64,000 nucleotides of DNA from Chloroflexota bacterium (lineage in GTDB: Bacteria; Chloroflexota; Limnocylindria; Limnocylindrales; Limnocylindraceae): contig JAYQPX010000001.1 of assembly GCA_038145565.1 (NCBI GenBank), positions 8,255-72,254 on the forward strand, written 5' to 3'. This document shows, in pieces, positions 39,795 to 48,976 of the stretch. Below the pieces are notes generated by a model, which was not told the origin of the DNA, did not search any database, and worked only from the letters and a program-made list of their open reading frames with translations. Position 1 is the stretch's first letter; each line of letters starts with the position of its first letter. The position numbers and the translations under genes were made by a program.

Positions 39795-41441
39795 CTATCC
39801 GCTGAGCAGTCCCTCGCGAACTTCATCGATTGCGGCGGGGTCCATGGAGAGTTCGTAGATTCCGATTCCGGCAAGGAGTTGGGCCCCCGCAACGGTGCCC
39901 GCCAGCTCGCCGCACACACCAACCTCTATGCCTATCGTCGCCGCCCCTTTAGCAACCGCGCGAAGCAGCGCCACGACCCCAGGAGCAGCCGCATCTTGCA
40001 GCGCAACGAGGGCTGGGTTGATCCGGTCGGCCGCCATGGCGTACTGCGTGAGGTCATTCGTCCCGATGCTGACGAAGTCGAGCCCGGTTGCAAGGCCAGC
40101 AACCGTCAGAGCCGCAGCGGGAACCTCGATCATGATGCCGATCGCCACAGGGTACTCGGCCACGTCACTCTCACCACGCGATTTGAGGTCGGCGCGAACT
40201 GTGGCAACGAGCGCAAGAAGATCGTCCACCTCTGCGCGCACTGAAATCATTGGCGCCATGATCCGCAGAGCTCCCGACGTAGCCGCCGCGGCGCGAAGCG
40301 CCGCCGCCCCTTGCGACGCAAAGAGCGCGCGCAGATCTGGTCGATCCTTGATCATCGCAAGCCGATAGCCGCGCACGCCGAGGAACGGGTTCGCTTCGTG
40401 CGGAAGTCGCAGATAAGGAATCTCTTTATCGCCGCCAATGTCAGCGAGTCGCAGCGTCAGCGGCCGACCCGAACCGAGTACTTCAAAGATTTTGGTAAAC
40501 GCGCGTGTCTGTTCGCGCTCATCGGGTGGAGCTTCACGATCCAGCAGGAGAAACTCCGACCGAAGGAGGCCGACGCCCTCTGCGCCAACGGCCACCGCGC
40601 GTGCCGCATCTTCTGCGGAGCCGATGTTTGCGTAGAGGTGAACTCGGCTACCGTCGCGGAGCACCACGGGCTTTCCACGGAGCCCTGCGCGTCGCACTGA
40701 ATCCGCAGCACCTTTCTCTTGCGTCGCCTTCGCGGAAGCAAGATCGTCGCTACTGGGCGCAAGTTTCAGCGTCCCAGCTGCACCGTCAAGAATCGCCTCA
40801 GCGCCATCAAGAGATCCGTCTACCTCAAGATCACTCGCCGCCACGATGCACGGGATTCCAGCAGCGCGCGCCAAGATCACGGCGTGCGCGGTGCGTGAGC
40901 CGGCGCGGAGCGCGATTCCAATCAGATGTTCACGCGGGATCTCTGCCGAAACGCTCGGCGGAAGGTCGTCGGCAACCAAGATGACTGGTCGGCCAGGGAG
41001 TGGGATCGTCGTCCCTGCCAAGATGCGGGCGGCGCGTGAGGCAACATCACGGACATCAGCGGCGCGCGCCGCGAGGTACTCGTCTGGGAGGGACGCGAGG
41101 AGTGCGGCCTGCGCCTCTCCCGCCGCGATCAGCGCACCTACGCCGTCTGCGCCGCCATTCGCCGCATCTCTCACCGCGGCAGCAAGTGCGGGATCCTGCG
41201 CCATTGCTGACTGCATGGAGAAGATCTCAGCCTCTTCGCCGGCCCCTGCGGCACTGCGCGCGATAGCGAGCTCGGCAAGTTGGGCCGCGGCTGTTGCGAG
41301 CGCCGCGATCGCCTCATCGACGGTCGCCCCGCTCCGCTCAACAGGGGCGAGCACCGATGCGGGCAGTGTCCAAATAGGACCGACAGCACTCCCGGGTGAG
41401 CCTGGAACCCCCTCACGTACCCCTGCGGCAACACGACTCAT
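39795..41441 (-). CDS. ptsI: phosphoenolpyruvate--protein phosphotransferase (PTS enzyme I)
   Basis: 548 aa. Phospho-His region GSRTAHAVILARAAGIPCIV and a C-terminal PEP-utilising TIM-barrel region. Confidence 0.88.
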   Translation of the reverse strand: MSRVAAGVREGVPGSPGSAVGPIWTLPASVLAPVERSGATVDEAIAALATAAAQLAELAIARSAAGAGEEAEIFSMQSAMAQDPALAAAVRDAANGGADGVGALIAAGEAQAALLASLPDEYLAARAADVRDVASRAARILAGTTIPLPGRPVILVADDLPPSVSAEIPREHLIGIALRAGSRTAHAVILARAAGIPCIVAASDLEVDGSLDGAEAILDGAAGTLKLAPSSDDLASAKATQEKGAADSVRRAGLRGKPVVLRDGSRVHLYANIGSAEDAARAVAVGAEGVGLLRSEFLLLDREAPPDEREQTRAFTKIFEVLGSGRPLTLRLADIGGDKEIPYLRLPHEANPFLGVRGYRLAMIKDRPDLRALFASQGAAALRAAAATSGALRIMAPMISVRAEVDDLLALVATVRADLKSRGESDVAEYPVAIGIMIEVPAAALTVAGLATGLDFVSIGTNDLTQYAMAADRINPALVALQDAAAPGVVALLRAVAKGAATIGIEVGVCGELAGTVAGAQLLAGIGIYELSMDPAAIDEVREGLLSG

Positions 41442-41463
41442 GGGCTGAGTATCGCAGAGAAAG

Positions 41464-41540
41464 TGGCGGCCCCGGCAGGAGTCGAACCTGCGACCAACTG
41501 CTTAGAAGGCAGCTGCTCTAATCCACTGAGCTACGGGGCC
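41464..41540 (-). tRNA. tRNA-Arg(TCT), CCA encoded
   Basis: Reverse complement reads GGCCCCGTAGCTCAGTGGATTAGAGCAGCTGCCTTCTAAGCAGTTGGTCGCAGGTTCGACTCCTGCCGGGGCCGCCA. Anticodon loop CTTCTAA. Confidence 0.85.
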
Positions 41541-41547
41541 TCTGGGC

Positions 41548-41553
41548 TAGAAT
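41548..41553 (+). promoter_or_regulatory. putative -10 hexamer TAGAAT placing the TSS at or near the ATG of the small ORF (leaderless)
   Basis: TAGAAT ends 6 nt before the ATG at 41560. No Shine-Dalgarno sequence in between. Confidence 0.3.
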
Positions 41554-41559
41554 AGCGAC

Positions 41560-41787
41560 ATGCAGCCCATGTACGACGCAATCGAGCTCGCCTCCATGGA
41601 CCCCCTCGTCCTCATGAAGAACCTAGACCACTGCCGCATGACCTCGAGGCGCCTCTCCTACATCCTCCAGCAACAGGTGCACCTCTACACCCCAGAGGCG
41701 AACAAACTCCGCGACGAAATCGACCAGTACGTGGAGGCCGAACGCCAGCTTGAGGCCGAAATGGCTCGGAGAAGGATCCGCGCCTAG
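41560..41787 (+). CDS. hypothetical 75-aa protein with helical/coiled-coil C-terminus, probably leaderless
   Basis: MQPMYDAIELASMDPLVLMKNLDHC...EIDQYVEAERQLEAEMARRRIRA. Very high third-position GC on the plus strand. The only plus-strand gene in a minus-strand context, flanked by tRNA-Arg and tRNA-Glu. Confidence 0.6.
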   Translation: MQPMYDAIELASMDPLVLMKNLDHCRMTSRRLSYILQQQVHLYTPEANKLRDEIDQYVEAERQLEAEMARRRIRA

Positions 41788-41823
41788 AGCCCTCAAGGGG
41801 GTGGCGTGACTGGCTTTTGAGTT

Positions 41824-41900
41824 TGGTAGCGCATACCGGATTCGAACCGGTGATCTCTGCCTTGAGAGGGCAGTGTCCTAGGCCGCTAGACGAATGCGCC
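41824..41900 (-). tRNA. tRNA-Glu(CTC), CCA encoded
   Basis: Reverse complement reads GGCGCATTCGTCTAGCGGCCTAGGACACTGCCCTCTCAAGGCAGAGATCACCGGTTCGAATCCGGTATGCGCTACCA. Anticodon loop CTCTCAA. G1-U72 wobble at the top of the acceptor stem. Confidence 0.8.
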
Positions 41901-41941
41901 AGATGCGGGCAGAGCCCGCGGGGAGAGAGTCTAGCAGCGTG

Positions 41942-43225
41942 TCAGCCGACGCGGTTGATCTCGTGGGCGAGGAAGAGGAGGCCCGTTGGGGGCTTTGGGG
42001 CGAACAGGGTCGACTTTTGCGGCATCGTCTCCCCCGCCTCAGCCACGGCCACCACCTGCTCTGATCGCTCCCCGTGTAGCAGGAGCGCAGCACTCGGTGC
42101 GGGATCGTTGAGCGCGCTCTCCACCGCTGCGGCAGAACCTCGGACATAACGGAGGGCGCCCGCGGTCGCGGCGGCCGCATCGATGCCGAGCGCCTGTTCG
42201 ATCAGCACGGCGAGTGCAGTCACCGAAAGCGATTGGTAGGCGGCAGATCGCCCCGGGAGTGCCGCACTTATTGATGCACGATCGAGTTTCAGCAGGGCGG
42301 CACCGGCGTGGGTCACCACGCCAGCCTCCAAATCAGCGCCTGTCGGTGCACCATCAGCGAATCGCTGGATCAGTTGCTCGCTCGTGGTGGCGGTGTGATG
42401 CACAACGAGCGGCGAAGCGGAGAGCTTCGCAAGAAGCGCCGATGGATCTGGTGCAGGGACGATCCGGTGGGTGGCGTAAAGCGCGGGGGCGTGTCGGTCG
42501 GACTCGACGATGAGACCGAGCGCAGTACTGAGGCCACCGCTCTCCGCGTAGTCGCGCGCCGTCTCATAGCGGTGATGACCGTCCGCGATGACCAGATCAG
42601 TGCCGTTCGACCATGAAAGGAGCGCTGCACCGTGATCCGAGCCTGGCGCAAGGCGCCAGAGCTTGAACGCACTTCCAGAGGGGGTGCGACCCGATGCATA
42701 CGGTGCCGTTTCGGAAACCGCATCTGCAGCCGCCACAAACTCGCGGAAACCCCCTGCCCGCAGCAAGATCACGGGCGAAAGGTTTGCCTGGACCGCGGCG
42801 ATGAGTGCGCGCCGATCCGCTTTCGGTCCGCTCAGCGTGGACTCGTGCCGCAAGATCCCAGTCTCACGACCATAGGGGCCGATCGGGACTCCAGCGAATA
42901 CCCCGCGGACTGAGTTGCCAACCTCTGGCTGCTCTTCGTAGAGATAGACCTGAGGTGCCTCGTCGTCTACAAGGGTTCCGTCCGATCGCCAGGCGGACCA
43001 GGTGGTAGCCGTTCGCCGGTATTGCGCGCCTTCAGCCTCACCCTCTTCACGCAGGGGGAGGTCCAGAAGAACGGAGTTGTGAGGCTGCGCAGAGAGCAGC
43101 GCACGCCGCTGGTCGGCGCTGATGACGTCATAGGGGGGGCTGAGAAGTCCGTCGAGGGCACCGTGCGCTGAGCCAGCCTCACTGATGGCGTATCGCGTTG
43201 CCCTAAATGCTCGGACTTTACTCAT
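41942..43225 (-). CDS. DUF1015-family protein
   Basis: 427 aa. C-terminal MPQKSTLFAPKPPTGLLF matches the conserved DUF1015 tail. Confidence 0.75.
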   Translation of the reverse strand: MSKVRAFRATRYAISEAGSAHGALDGLLSPPYDVISADQRRALLSAQPHNSVLLDLPLREEGEAEGAQYRRTATTWSAWRSDGTLVDDEAPQVYLYEEQPEVGNSVRGVFAGVPIGPYGRETGILRHESTLSGPKADRRALIAAVQANLSPVILLRAGGFREFVAAADAVSETAPYASGRTPSGSAFKLWRLAPGSDHGAALLSWSNGTDLVIADGHHRYETARDYAESGGLSTALGLIVESDRHAPALYATHRIVPAPDPSALLAKLSASPLVVHHTATTSEQLIQRFADGAPTGADLEAGVVTHAGAALLKLDRASISAALPGRSAAYQSLSVTALAVLIEQALGIDAAAATAGALRYVRGSAAAVESALNDPAPSAALLLHGERSEQVVAVAEAGETMPQKSTLFAPKPPTGLLFLAHEINRVG

Positions 43226-43258
43226 GAGGTGATTCTACCTGCGGTGTACGCTTGACAC

Positions 43259-43723
43259 ATGAAACCTCGAACTTCTCGACTTCTCATCACCGCCGCCCTG
43301 ATGCTCGCGGCGAGCGGGTGCGGTTCAGTCTTGGATGATGCTCGGGGCGAACCGTTGGCCACCCCAACCAACTTCAATGGACTCGTTGAGCATCTCGCAG
43401 CGCGAGAGTTCTCCGTCGCCAACGTCGTGAGCGGCGATCCGGGCTGCAGCGATCGAGGTTTAGTTCCGATGGCGATCGCCTTCAATCTTTCAGGCGGCGG
43501 GCTCGAACAGGCGCTGCCGACAAGGATCTACCGCTTCAAAAACGACGATAGCTACAAGAAGCTGCGCTCAACGGTAGATGCATGTGCGGCGGAATGGATC
43601 AGTGATCCTGCGGCGCTGCTGATGGTGGATGCATCCCCGTATGTACTGGTGACCGAAGGTGTACCCGCTGGCGTTGCGGCTGATGCGATCCGAGCCGCCG
43701 TACGCGACGCAGCTGGCGAGTAG
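43259..43723 (+). CDS. hypothetical lipoprotein
   Basis: MKPRTSRLLITAALMLAASGC signal with lipobox. 154 aa. Confidence 0.6.
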   Translation: MKPRTSRLLITAALMLAASGCGSVLDDARGEPLATPTNFNGLVEHLAAREFSVANVVSGDPGCSDRGLVPMAIAFNLSGGGLEQALPTRIYRFKNDDSYKKLRSTVDACAAEWISDPAALLMVDASPYVLVTEGVPAGVAADAIRAAVRDAAGE

Positions 43724-43725
43724 GG

Positions 43726-44838
43726 CTACGACTCCTCTCGACTGACGCGCGGCGCGGCCCCTTCGCTACGCGGGATCGCCACCGCAGCGGCATCCTTCAC
43801 GAACGACGCCTTAATTGAGGTTGCGGCGGCGGCCTCTTGCTCAGCCACAGAGAGGATTCCGTGCCGTCCCAGCGCGGCGAGCTCGTCGCGGATGTACGTC
43901 TGCAGCATCTCAGGACCATCGGTGCCGATCGCGTATCTCACCTTCCCTTCACGCAGTCGCGTGAAGATCTGGCGGAACTCCTCCCAGTCGGAGACAACCT
44001 TCGTCATCAGGTTCGAGGTCGGGCAGATCTCCAGCACGATCTTCCGCTCTGCGAGGGCTTTCATCGTCTTCGTATCCCCCGCCGCCTTCACGCCGTGGCC
44101 AATGCGATCTGGCTCCAACTGCTTCACCACTTCGAGCATCTCGCTCACTGGCCCCGACTCTCCCGTGTGTACGGTGATGCCCAGGCCCGCATTCCGCGCG
44201 GCGCGGAACATGCGCTTGTATTCAGCCACCTTGAAGTTGGCGCTCTCGCGCCCTGCAATATCTATCCCGACGATCCCCCGACTCGCCCAGGCGATCGCTT
44301 TCTCTACGATGATCTCGTTCTGTCGCAGGGTGAACTCGCGGTCAAGGATCAGGATGATCCCAGGCTTCACCGGATACTCGAGCGCCGCACGATCAGCACC
44401 GCGGATGGCGGCAGCAATGATGTGGTCTAGGTCCTGCTCGCCATTTCGGTTGCGCTTCATCGGATTGAAGCGCAGTTCCATGGTGGTGATGTGGTTCTTC
44501 CTGTACGCGCCAGCAACCACTTCATAGACAGAACGTTCCACTGCGATCGGCGATGACTGGATCAGTTCGGTCCAGTGAAAGAGATCAAGGTATCCGTTGA
44601 AGCTGCGCGTTCGCTTGGAGCCAGCCGTGATCATCTTGCGGAAGGCCCAGTAGTCCTTAGACGGAAGGCGGATTCCCTGCGCGTGTGCGATCCCCCACAT
44701 GATCGCTGGGGTGACTGAGCCACCGAGGTGGCAGTGCAGCTCAGCAATTGGTGTTGCTGGGTTCAGCGTGCCGAAGCCGCGTGGCCTCTCGATCTTCACC
44801 TTCACGAAACGATTCGGCGCTGCCTTGCGAGGGCTCAT
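43726..44838 (-). CDS. adenosine/adenine deaminase-family metallohydrolase
   Basis: Metal-binding HCH motif ELHCHLGG, the ITVHTGESG (HxGE) block, IGHGV and IGTDGP, typical of the adenosine deaminase fold. Confidence 0.8.
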   Translation of the reverse strand: MSPRKAAPNRFVKVKIERPRGFGTLNPATPIAELHCHLGGSVTPAIMWGIAHAQGIRLPSKDYWAFRKMITAGSKRTRSFNGYLDLFHWTELIQSSPIAVERSVYEVVAGAYRKNHITTMELRFNPMKRNRNGEQDLDHIIAAAIRGADRAALEYPVKPGIILILDREFTLRQNEIIVEKAIAWASRGIVGIDIAGRESANFKVAEYKRMFRAARNAGLGITVHTGESGPVSEMLEVVKQLEPDRIGHGVKAAGDTKTMKALAERKIVLEICPTSNLMTKVVSDWEEFRQIFTRLREGKVRYAIGTDGPEMLQTYIRDELAALGRHGILSVAEQEAAAATSIKASFVKDAAAVAIPRSEGAAPRVSREES

Positions 44839-45809
44839 GCCACCTCGTCGCGCGGAGTGCTCGCGGTGGCGGCGTCGCGAGCACGACGTCCGCGCAACGC
44901 TGGTGAGTCGTTCGGCACCTGATCGCGCGCATGATACGAACTGCGCACCAGCGGACCCGACTCGACGTGCTTGAAGCCCATCGCAAGCGCGTAATCGCGA
45001 AGTGCGGCGAACTCTTCTGGCGTGTAGTAGCGAACGAGTGGGAGGTGCTCCATCGTTGGGCGCAGGTACTGGCCGATCGTCAGGATGTCGCAGTCAACGG
45101 AGCGAAGATCGCGGAAGGTGGTGAGCAGCTCCTCGAGCTCCTCCCCAAGCCCAACCATGACCGAACTCTTCGTGTGTACGGGGTTACCGAGCTCACTCGC
45201 CATCTCTTTGGCGCGTGCCAGCACCTGTAGCGAGCGATCGTAGCGTGCGCGCTTGCGCACCGGCTTCTGCAGCCGCTCAACCGTCTCCACATTGTGGTCA
45301 AGGATGTCTGGAGCGGCCTCCATGACGGTACGGAGCGGAGCAACTTCGCCGTCAAAGTCAGGGATGAGCACTTCGATTCCAGTGCCAGGGGCAAGGCGAC
45401 GGAGCTCGCGAATGCTCTCCGCAAAGATCGCGGCGCCGCCATCAGGGAGATCGTCACGCGCAACACTCGTGATCACCACGTGGTCAAGGTCGAGTGAGGC
45501 GAGCGCCTCGGCAACGCGCCTCGGTTCGTCTTGGTCGAGGCCGGCTGGTCGGCCGGTCTTCACCGCACAGAAGCCACAGGCCCGCGTGCAGGTGTCGCCA
45601 AGGATCATCACCGTCGCTGTCCCCTGGTCCCAGCACTCGCCAATGTTCGGGCAGTGCGCCTCTTCACAGACGGTGTTCAGCGTCTTGTCGCGCATCAACC
45701 GCTTCAGTTCGCGATAGCGATCTCCGCCAGGCACCTTTGAGCGAATCCAGTCTGGGTGGCGGCGCTCTGTTACGGGTGCTGGCTGACCGAAGATTGGCAG
45801 CTCGCGCAT
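44835..45809 (-). CDS. lipA: lipoyl synthase
   Basis: Auxiliary cluster CEEAHCPNIGEC and radical-SAM cluster CTRACGFC. Confidence 0.95.
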   Translation of the reverse strand: MRELPIFGQPAPVTERRHPDWIRSKVPGGDRYRELKRLMRDKTLNTVCEEAHCPNIGECWDQGTATVMILGDTCTRACGFCAVKTGRPAGLDQDEPRRVAEALASLDLDHVVITSVARDDLPDGGAAIFAESIRELRRLAPGTGIEVLIPDFDGEVAPLRTVMEAAPDILDHNVETVERLQKPVRKRARYDRSLQVLARAKEMASELGNPVHTKSSVMVGLGEELEELLTTFRDLRSVDCDILTIGQYLRPTMEHLPLVRYYTPEEFAALRDYALAMGFKHVESGPLVRSSYHARDQVPNDSPALRGRRARDAATASTPRDEVA

Positions 45810-47233
45810 CAGAAGTTCACCGAGCGACCAGTCGAGACGAGTGCCGCCTCGCCCACGATCTCAGAGAGTGTCGGGTGCGGATGTGTCGTCCCGCCCAGCT
45901 GTGCGGCAGTTGCACCAAGTTCAATCGCGAGACTCGCTTCAGCAATCAGGTCGGTCACCTTCGGCCCCACCAGATGGACCCCAAGGATGTCGCCACTCTC
46001 CGCGTGCCGAAGCACCTTGCAGAAGCCATCCGCGTCGCCGCCAACGTGCGCCTTCGCAATTGCGAGGAATGGCACTTGGCCGGCAACAAACGGCACGCCG
46101 TCTCGCTCCAACTCTTGTGTGGTAAAGCCAACAGAGGCGACTTCGGGGCGGCAGTAGGTTGCACGTGGCTGCTTCACATAGTCCATGGCGTGCAGCGGCT
46201 CGCCGGCGATCGCGTGGGCTGCGATCATCCCCTCGTGCGCAGCAACATGCGCGAGCTGCAGTCCGCCAATGACGTCGCCCACCGCATAGACGTGTGGCTC
46301 TGACGTCTGCATCTGGGCGTCAACCTTGATGAAGCCGCGCTCAACGATCGCCTTGGTGTTTTCTAGGCCAATCTCGCCGCTATTCGGAACGCGGCCAGCG
46401 GCGACAACAAGCATCTCCGCGCTCAGCGCGACTGCCTCTCCCCCGTCTATTGGCTCAATCTGCAGATCCACTCCATCAGCGCGTTTGGCGAGTGAGCCCT
46501 CCTTGATGCGATGAGCAACGTGGCTCGCAATGCCGCGCTTCGTGAACGCACGCGTCAACTCCTTTGAGGCGTCGCGGTCTTCCAGTGGAACAAGTGATGG
46601 CAGCATCTCAACAATGGTGGTCTGGGCACCGAGATCACGGAAGTAGGAGGCGAACTCACAGCCAACGGCGCCACCGCCGATCACAATCACACTGGAAGGC
46701 TTCAGCGTCCCCGTGGTGATCTGATCGCTATCAACGATCACGCGTCCATCTGTCTCCAGGCCCGGGATGCGACGCACGCTTGAACCAGTTGCAATCACGA
46801 TATCTGTTGCGCTGATCGTCTTCTTCTCGCCGGTCGCCGTGCCGCTCTCGTCATAAAGTGCCACTTCGACCGAACCGCCACCGAGGAGCGTTGCGCGCCC
46901 TGCGATCAGCTCCACGTTGTTCTTCTTGAAGAGGCTCTTGAGTCCCGCGTGCATGCGAGCAACGATCTTGTCGCGTCGCGCGCTAACAACAGTGGCGTCA
47001 ATGCCAGTCGCTGGGGTGATCTGAATGCCGAAATCAGACGCCTTCCCAATCTTGGCGAGCAGGTCGCCAGTCTCAAGCATCGCTTTGGCGGGGATGCAGC
47101 CCCAGTGGAGGCAGGTGCCGCCAACTTTTGCCTGTTCAATGAGCGCCACGCGCTTGCCGAGCTGCGACGCGCGGAAGGCGGCGGCGTAGCCACCCGTTCC
47201 ACCGCCGAGTACGAGGAGATCGTGGTCGGCCAT
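45809..47233 (-). CDS. lpd: dihydrolipoyl dehydrogenase
   Basis: FAD-binding motif GGGTGGYAAAF and redox-active disulfide GGTCLHWGCIPAK. 474 aa. Confidence 0.93.
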   Translation of the reverse strand: MADHDLLVLGGGTGGYAAAFRASQLGKRVALIEQAKVGGTCLHWGCIPAKAMLETGDLLAKIGKASDFGIQITPATGIDATVVSARRDKIVARMHAGLKSLFKKNNVELIAGRATLLGGGSVEVALYDESGTATGEKKTISATDIVIATGSSVRRIPGLETDGRVIVDSDQITTGTLKPSSVIVIGGGAVGCEFASYFRDLGAQTTIVEMLPSLVPLEDRDASKELTRAFTKRGIASHVAHRIKEGSLAKRADGVDLQIEPIDGGEAVALSAEMLVVAAGRVPNSGEIGLENTKAIVERGFIKVDAQMQTSEPHVYAVGDVIGGLQLAHVAAHEGMIAAHAIAGEPLHAMDYVKQPRATYCRPEVASVGFTTQELERDGVPFVAGQVPFLAIAKAHVGGDADGFCKVLRHAESGDILGVHLVGPKVTDLIAEASLAIELGATAAQLGGTTHPHPTLSEIVGEAALVSTGRSVNF

Positions 47234-47290
47234 GCGTGAATCCTACGCTTCACTGCCAACCCTTGCCGCGCGCTGCTAGTCTCCGCCGCG

Positions 47291-47920
47291 ATGGACGCAT
47301 CGCTTCTCCTTGTCGCAACGGTAGGCGCCTACCTGTCAGGCTCGATCCCGTTCGGCCTTCTTGTGGCGCGCCTCACGGGCGGCCCAGATCCACGCTCCAT
47401 CGGCTCGGGCAGAACGGGTGGGACCAATGCGCTCCGCGCCCTCGGACGTCGACGAGCCGCAGTTGTCTCGGCAGGTGACATCCTGAAAGGGGCGCTACCA
47501 GTCCTCGCTGTTCGCGCACTTGGCGGCGGAGATGGGACCGAGGTCGCCGCTGCACTCTTCGCCGTTGTTGGCGCCACTCGTTCCATCTGGGTCGGCTTCA
47601 AGGGTGGACGGGGGATCGCCACAGGCTTCGGCACCGCACTTGCGATCGCACCGATCGCTCTCGCCGCCGCAGCGCCAATCTTCATCGTCGTTATCTGGCG
47701 CACCCACATAGTTTCGCTGGGATCGCTCGCCGCCGTCGCCGCTTTTGCGCCAATTGAGATCTTCGTTCGGATGCAGACTCCAGACGGTCTGAGCATCTGG
47801 GCGCTCGCCTACGCAATCGTTGGACCGGCGCTCGTCTGGCTCGCGCATGCGGACAATATCGCGCGACTGCGCGCAGGCACGGAACGAACGTTTGATGCGA
47901 GGGCGCTGACTCGAGATTAG
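47291..47920 (+). CDS. plsY: glycerol-3-phosphate acyltransferase PlsY
   Basis: YLSGSIPFG and GSGRTGGTNALRALG motifs. About 5 TM helices. Confidence 0.9.
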   Translation: MDASLLLVATVGAYLSGSIPFGLLVARLTGGPDPRSIGSGRTGGTNALRALGRRRAAVVSAGDILKGALPVLAVRALGGGDGTEVAAALFAVVGATRSIWVGFKGGRGIATGFGTALAIAPIALAAAAPIFIVVIWRTHIVSLGSLAAVAAFAPIEIFVRMQTPDGLSIWALAYAIVGPALVWLAHADNIARLRAGTERTFDARALTRD

Positions 47921-48105
47921 CGCGAACGGATCTGCCGTACTCCAATAAGCAGCGTGACAAGAATCAAGGCCACAGGTACGACTGGGAGGCTACGGATCGC
48001 TTCGCCGAGCGGCGTGATCACCGTGCTGAGTAACTGCAACGACAAGACGAAGGCAGCGACTGCGGCAGCGGCGGCGAGTGGACTCCTGCGCTCGGAGGGG
48101 CTCAT
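47917..48105 (-). CDS. hypothetical small membrane protein (weak call)
   Basis: 62 aa with two hydrophobic helices. GC3-rich. Overlaps the plsY stop and is followed by the next minus gene with a 4-nt overlap. Confidence 0.35.
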   Translation of the reverse strand: MSPSERRSPLAAAAAVAAFVLSLQLLSTVITPLGEAIRSLPVVPVALILVTLLIGVRQIRSR

Positions 48106-48923
48106 ACGGCGAGCGCGTCAGCCTCTGCTGGGATTCCGATCGGTGCCACCAGAACTTCGCCGAGCAGTCGCTTCGATGCAGCTGCCTGATGCGTGGTCAA
48201 CGGTCGATGAAAGAGCACGCTGATATCCGCGCCAGGGGCTCCGCGTCGGCGCGCACCGCTATCCGGGTCCAGACCGATCGGCCCGTTCGCGGCAATACAT
48301 GGGACACCAACTGAACGTGCGCGGCGCAGCAGATCGATTCCAGCGAGTAGCGGAACCTGGGGTGCTGCGTTTGATGGCGCACCGCCAAGCGATTCAATGA
48401 GCACGGCCACCTCTTCAAGTCCGGCCCGGAAGTGCGCCGACTCACGCATGTTAGGAATGCGATACCGCTCAACGCGATTCGCGGACTCAAGTCGATCCCA
48501 CGCCCCAGCGGCGGTTACATGCTCAGGGCGCGCCTTCGATCCACATAGCGCCACAACGATGCGGCGCTCCCCATTCGCGAGTTCCAGTGCCGCCTCAAGC
48601 CCATACACCGCGTCTGGATAAGATCCAGCAAGGACAAAGATTGGCAGCATTCGGCCTGGATCCCGGGCGGCGGCTACCGCACGCGCAACATCCGCGATCG
48701 CAGCGCCAGCCGCCTTGCTGATCGCCTCTGCGGACAGTCCGAGACGCGCAGCCTTGGCGCGGATGCCACGCATTGCGGCTGCGCTCACCGGCCGAAGCGC
48801 GGCGTTGTCCGCCCAGCGTTGACGTAGTGGCGCGATCGCAGCAGAAATGTCAGCTTCAACTGCGGTGAGCGGCGTCGTTCGACGGCGCGTCGGCTTCCCA
48901 TCGCTTGCACCTCGGTTGGTCAT
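48102..48923 (-). CDS. hypothetical protein
   Basis: 273 aa with coding-like composition. No family recognised by eye. Confidence 0.5.
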   Translation of the reverse strand: MTNRGASDGKPTRRRTTPLTAVEADISAAIAPLRQRWADNAALRPVSAAAMRGIRAKAARLGLSAEAISKAAGAAIADVARAVAAARDPGRMLPIFVLAGSYPDAVYGLEAALELANGERRIVVALCGSKARPEHVTAAGAWDRLESANRVERYRIPNMRESAHFRAGLEEVAVLIESLGGAPSNAAPQVPLLAGIDLLRRARSVGVPCIAANGPIGLDPDSGARRRGAPGADISVLFHRPLTTHQAAASKRLLGEVLVAPIGIPAEADALAV

Positions 48924-48976
48924 GTCAAGAGGATAGTCGGCAATCGTCTTGGGATCCGACGCTGCTCAACCATCAT

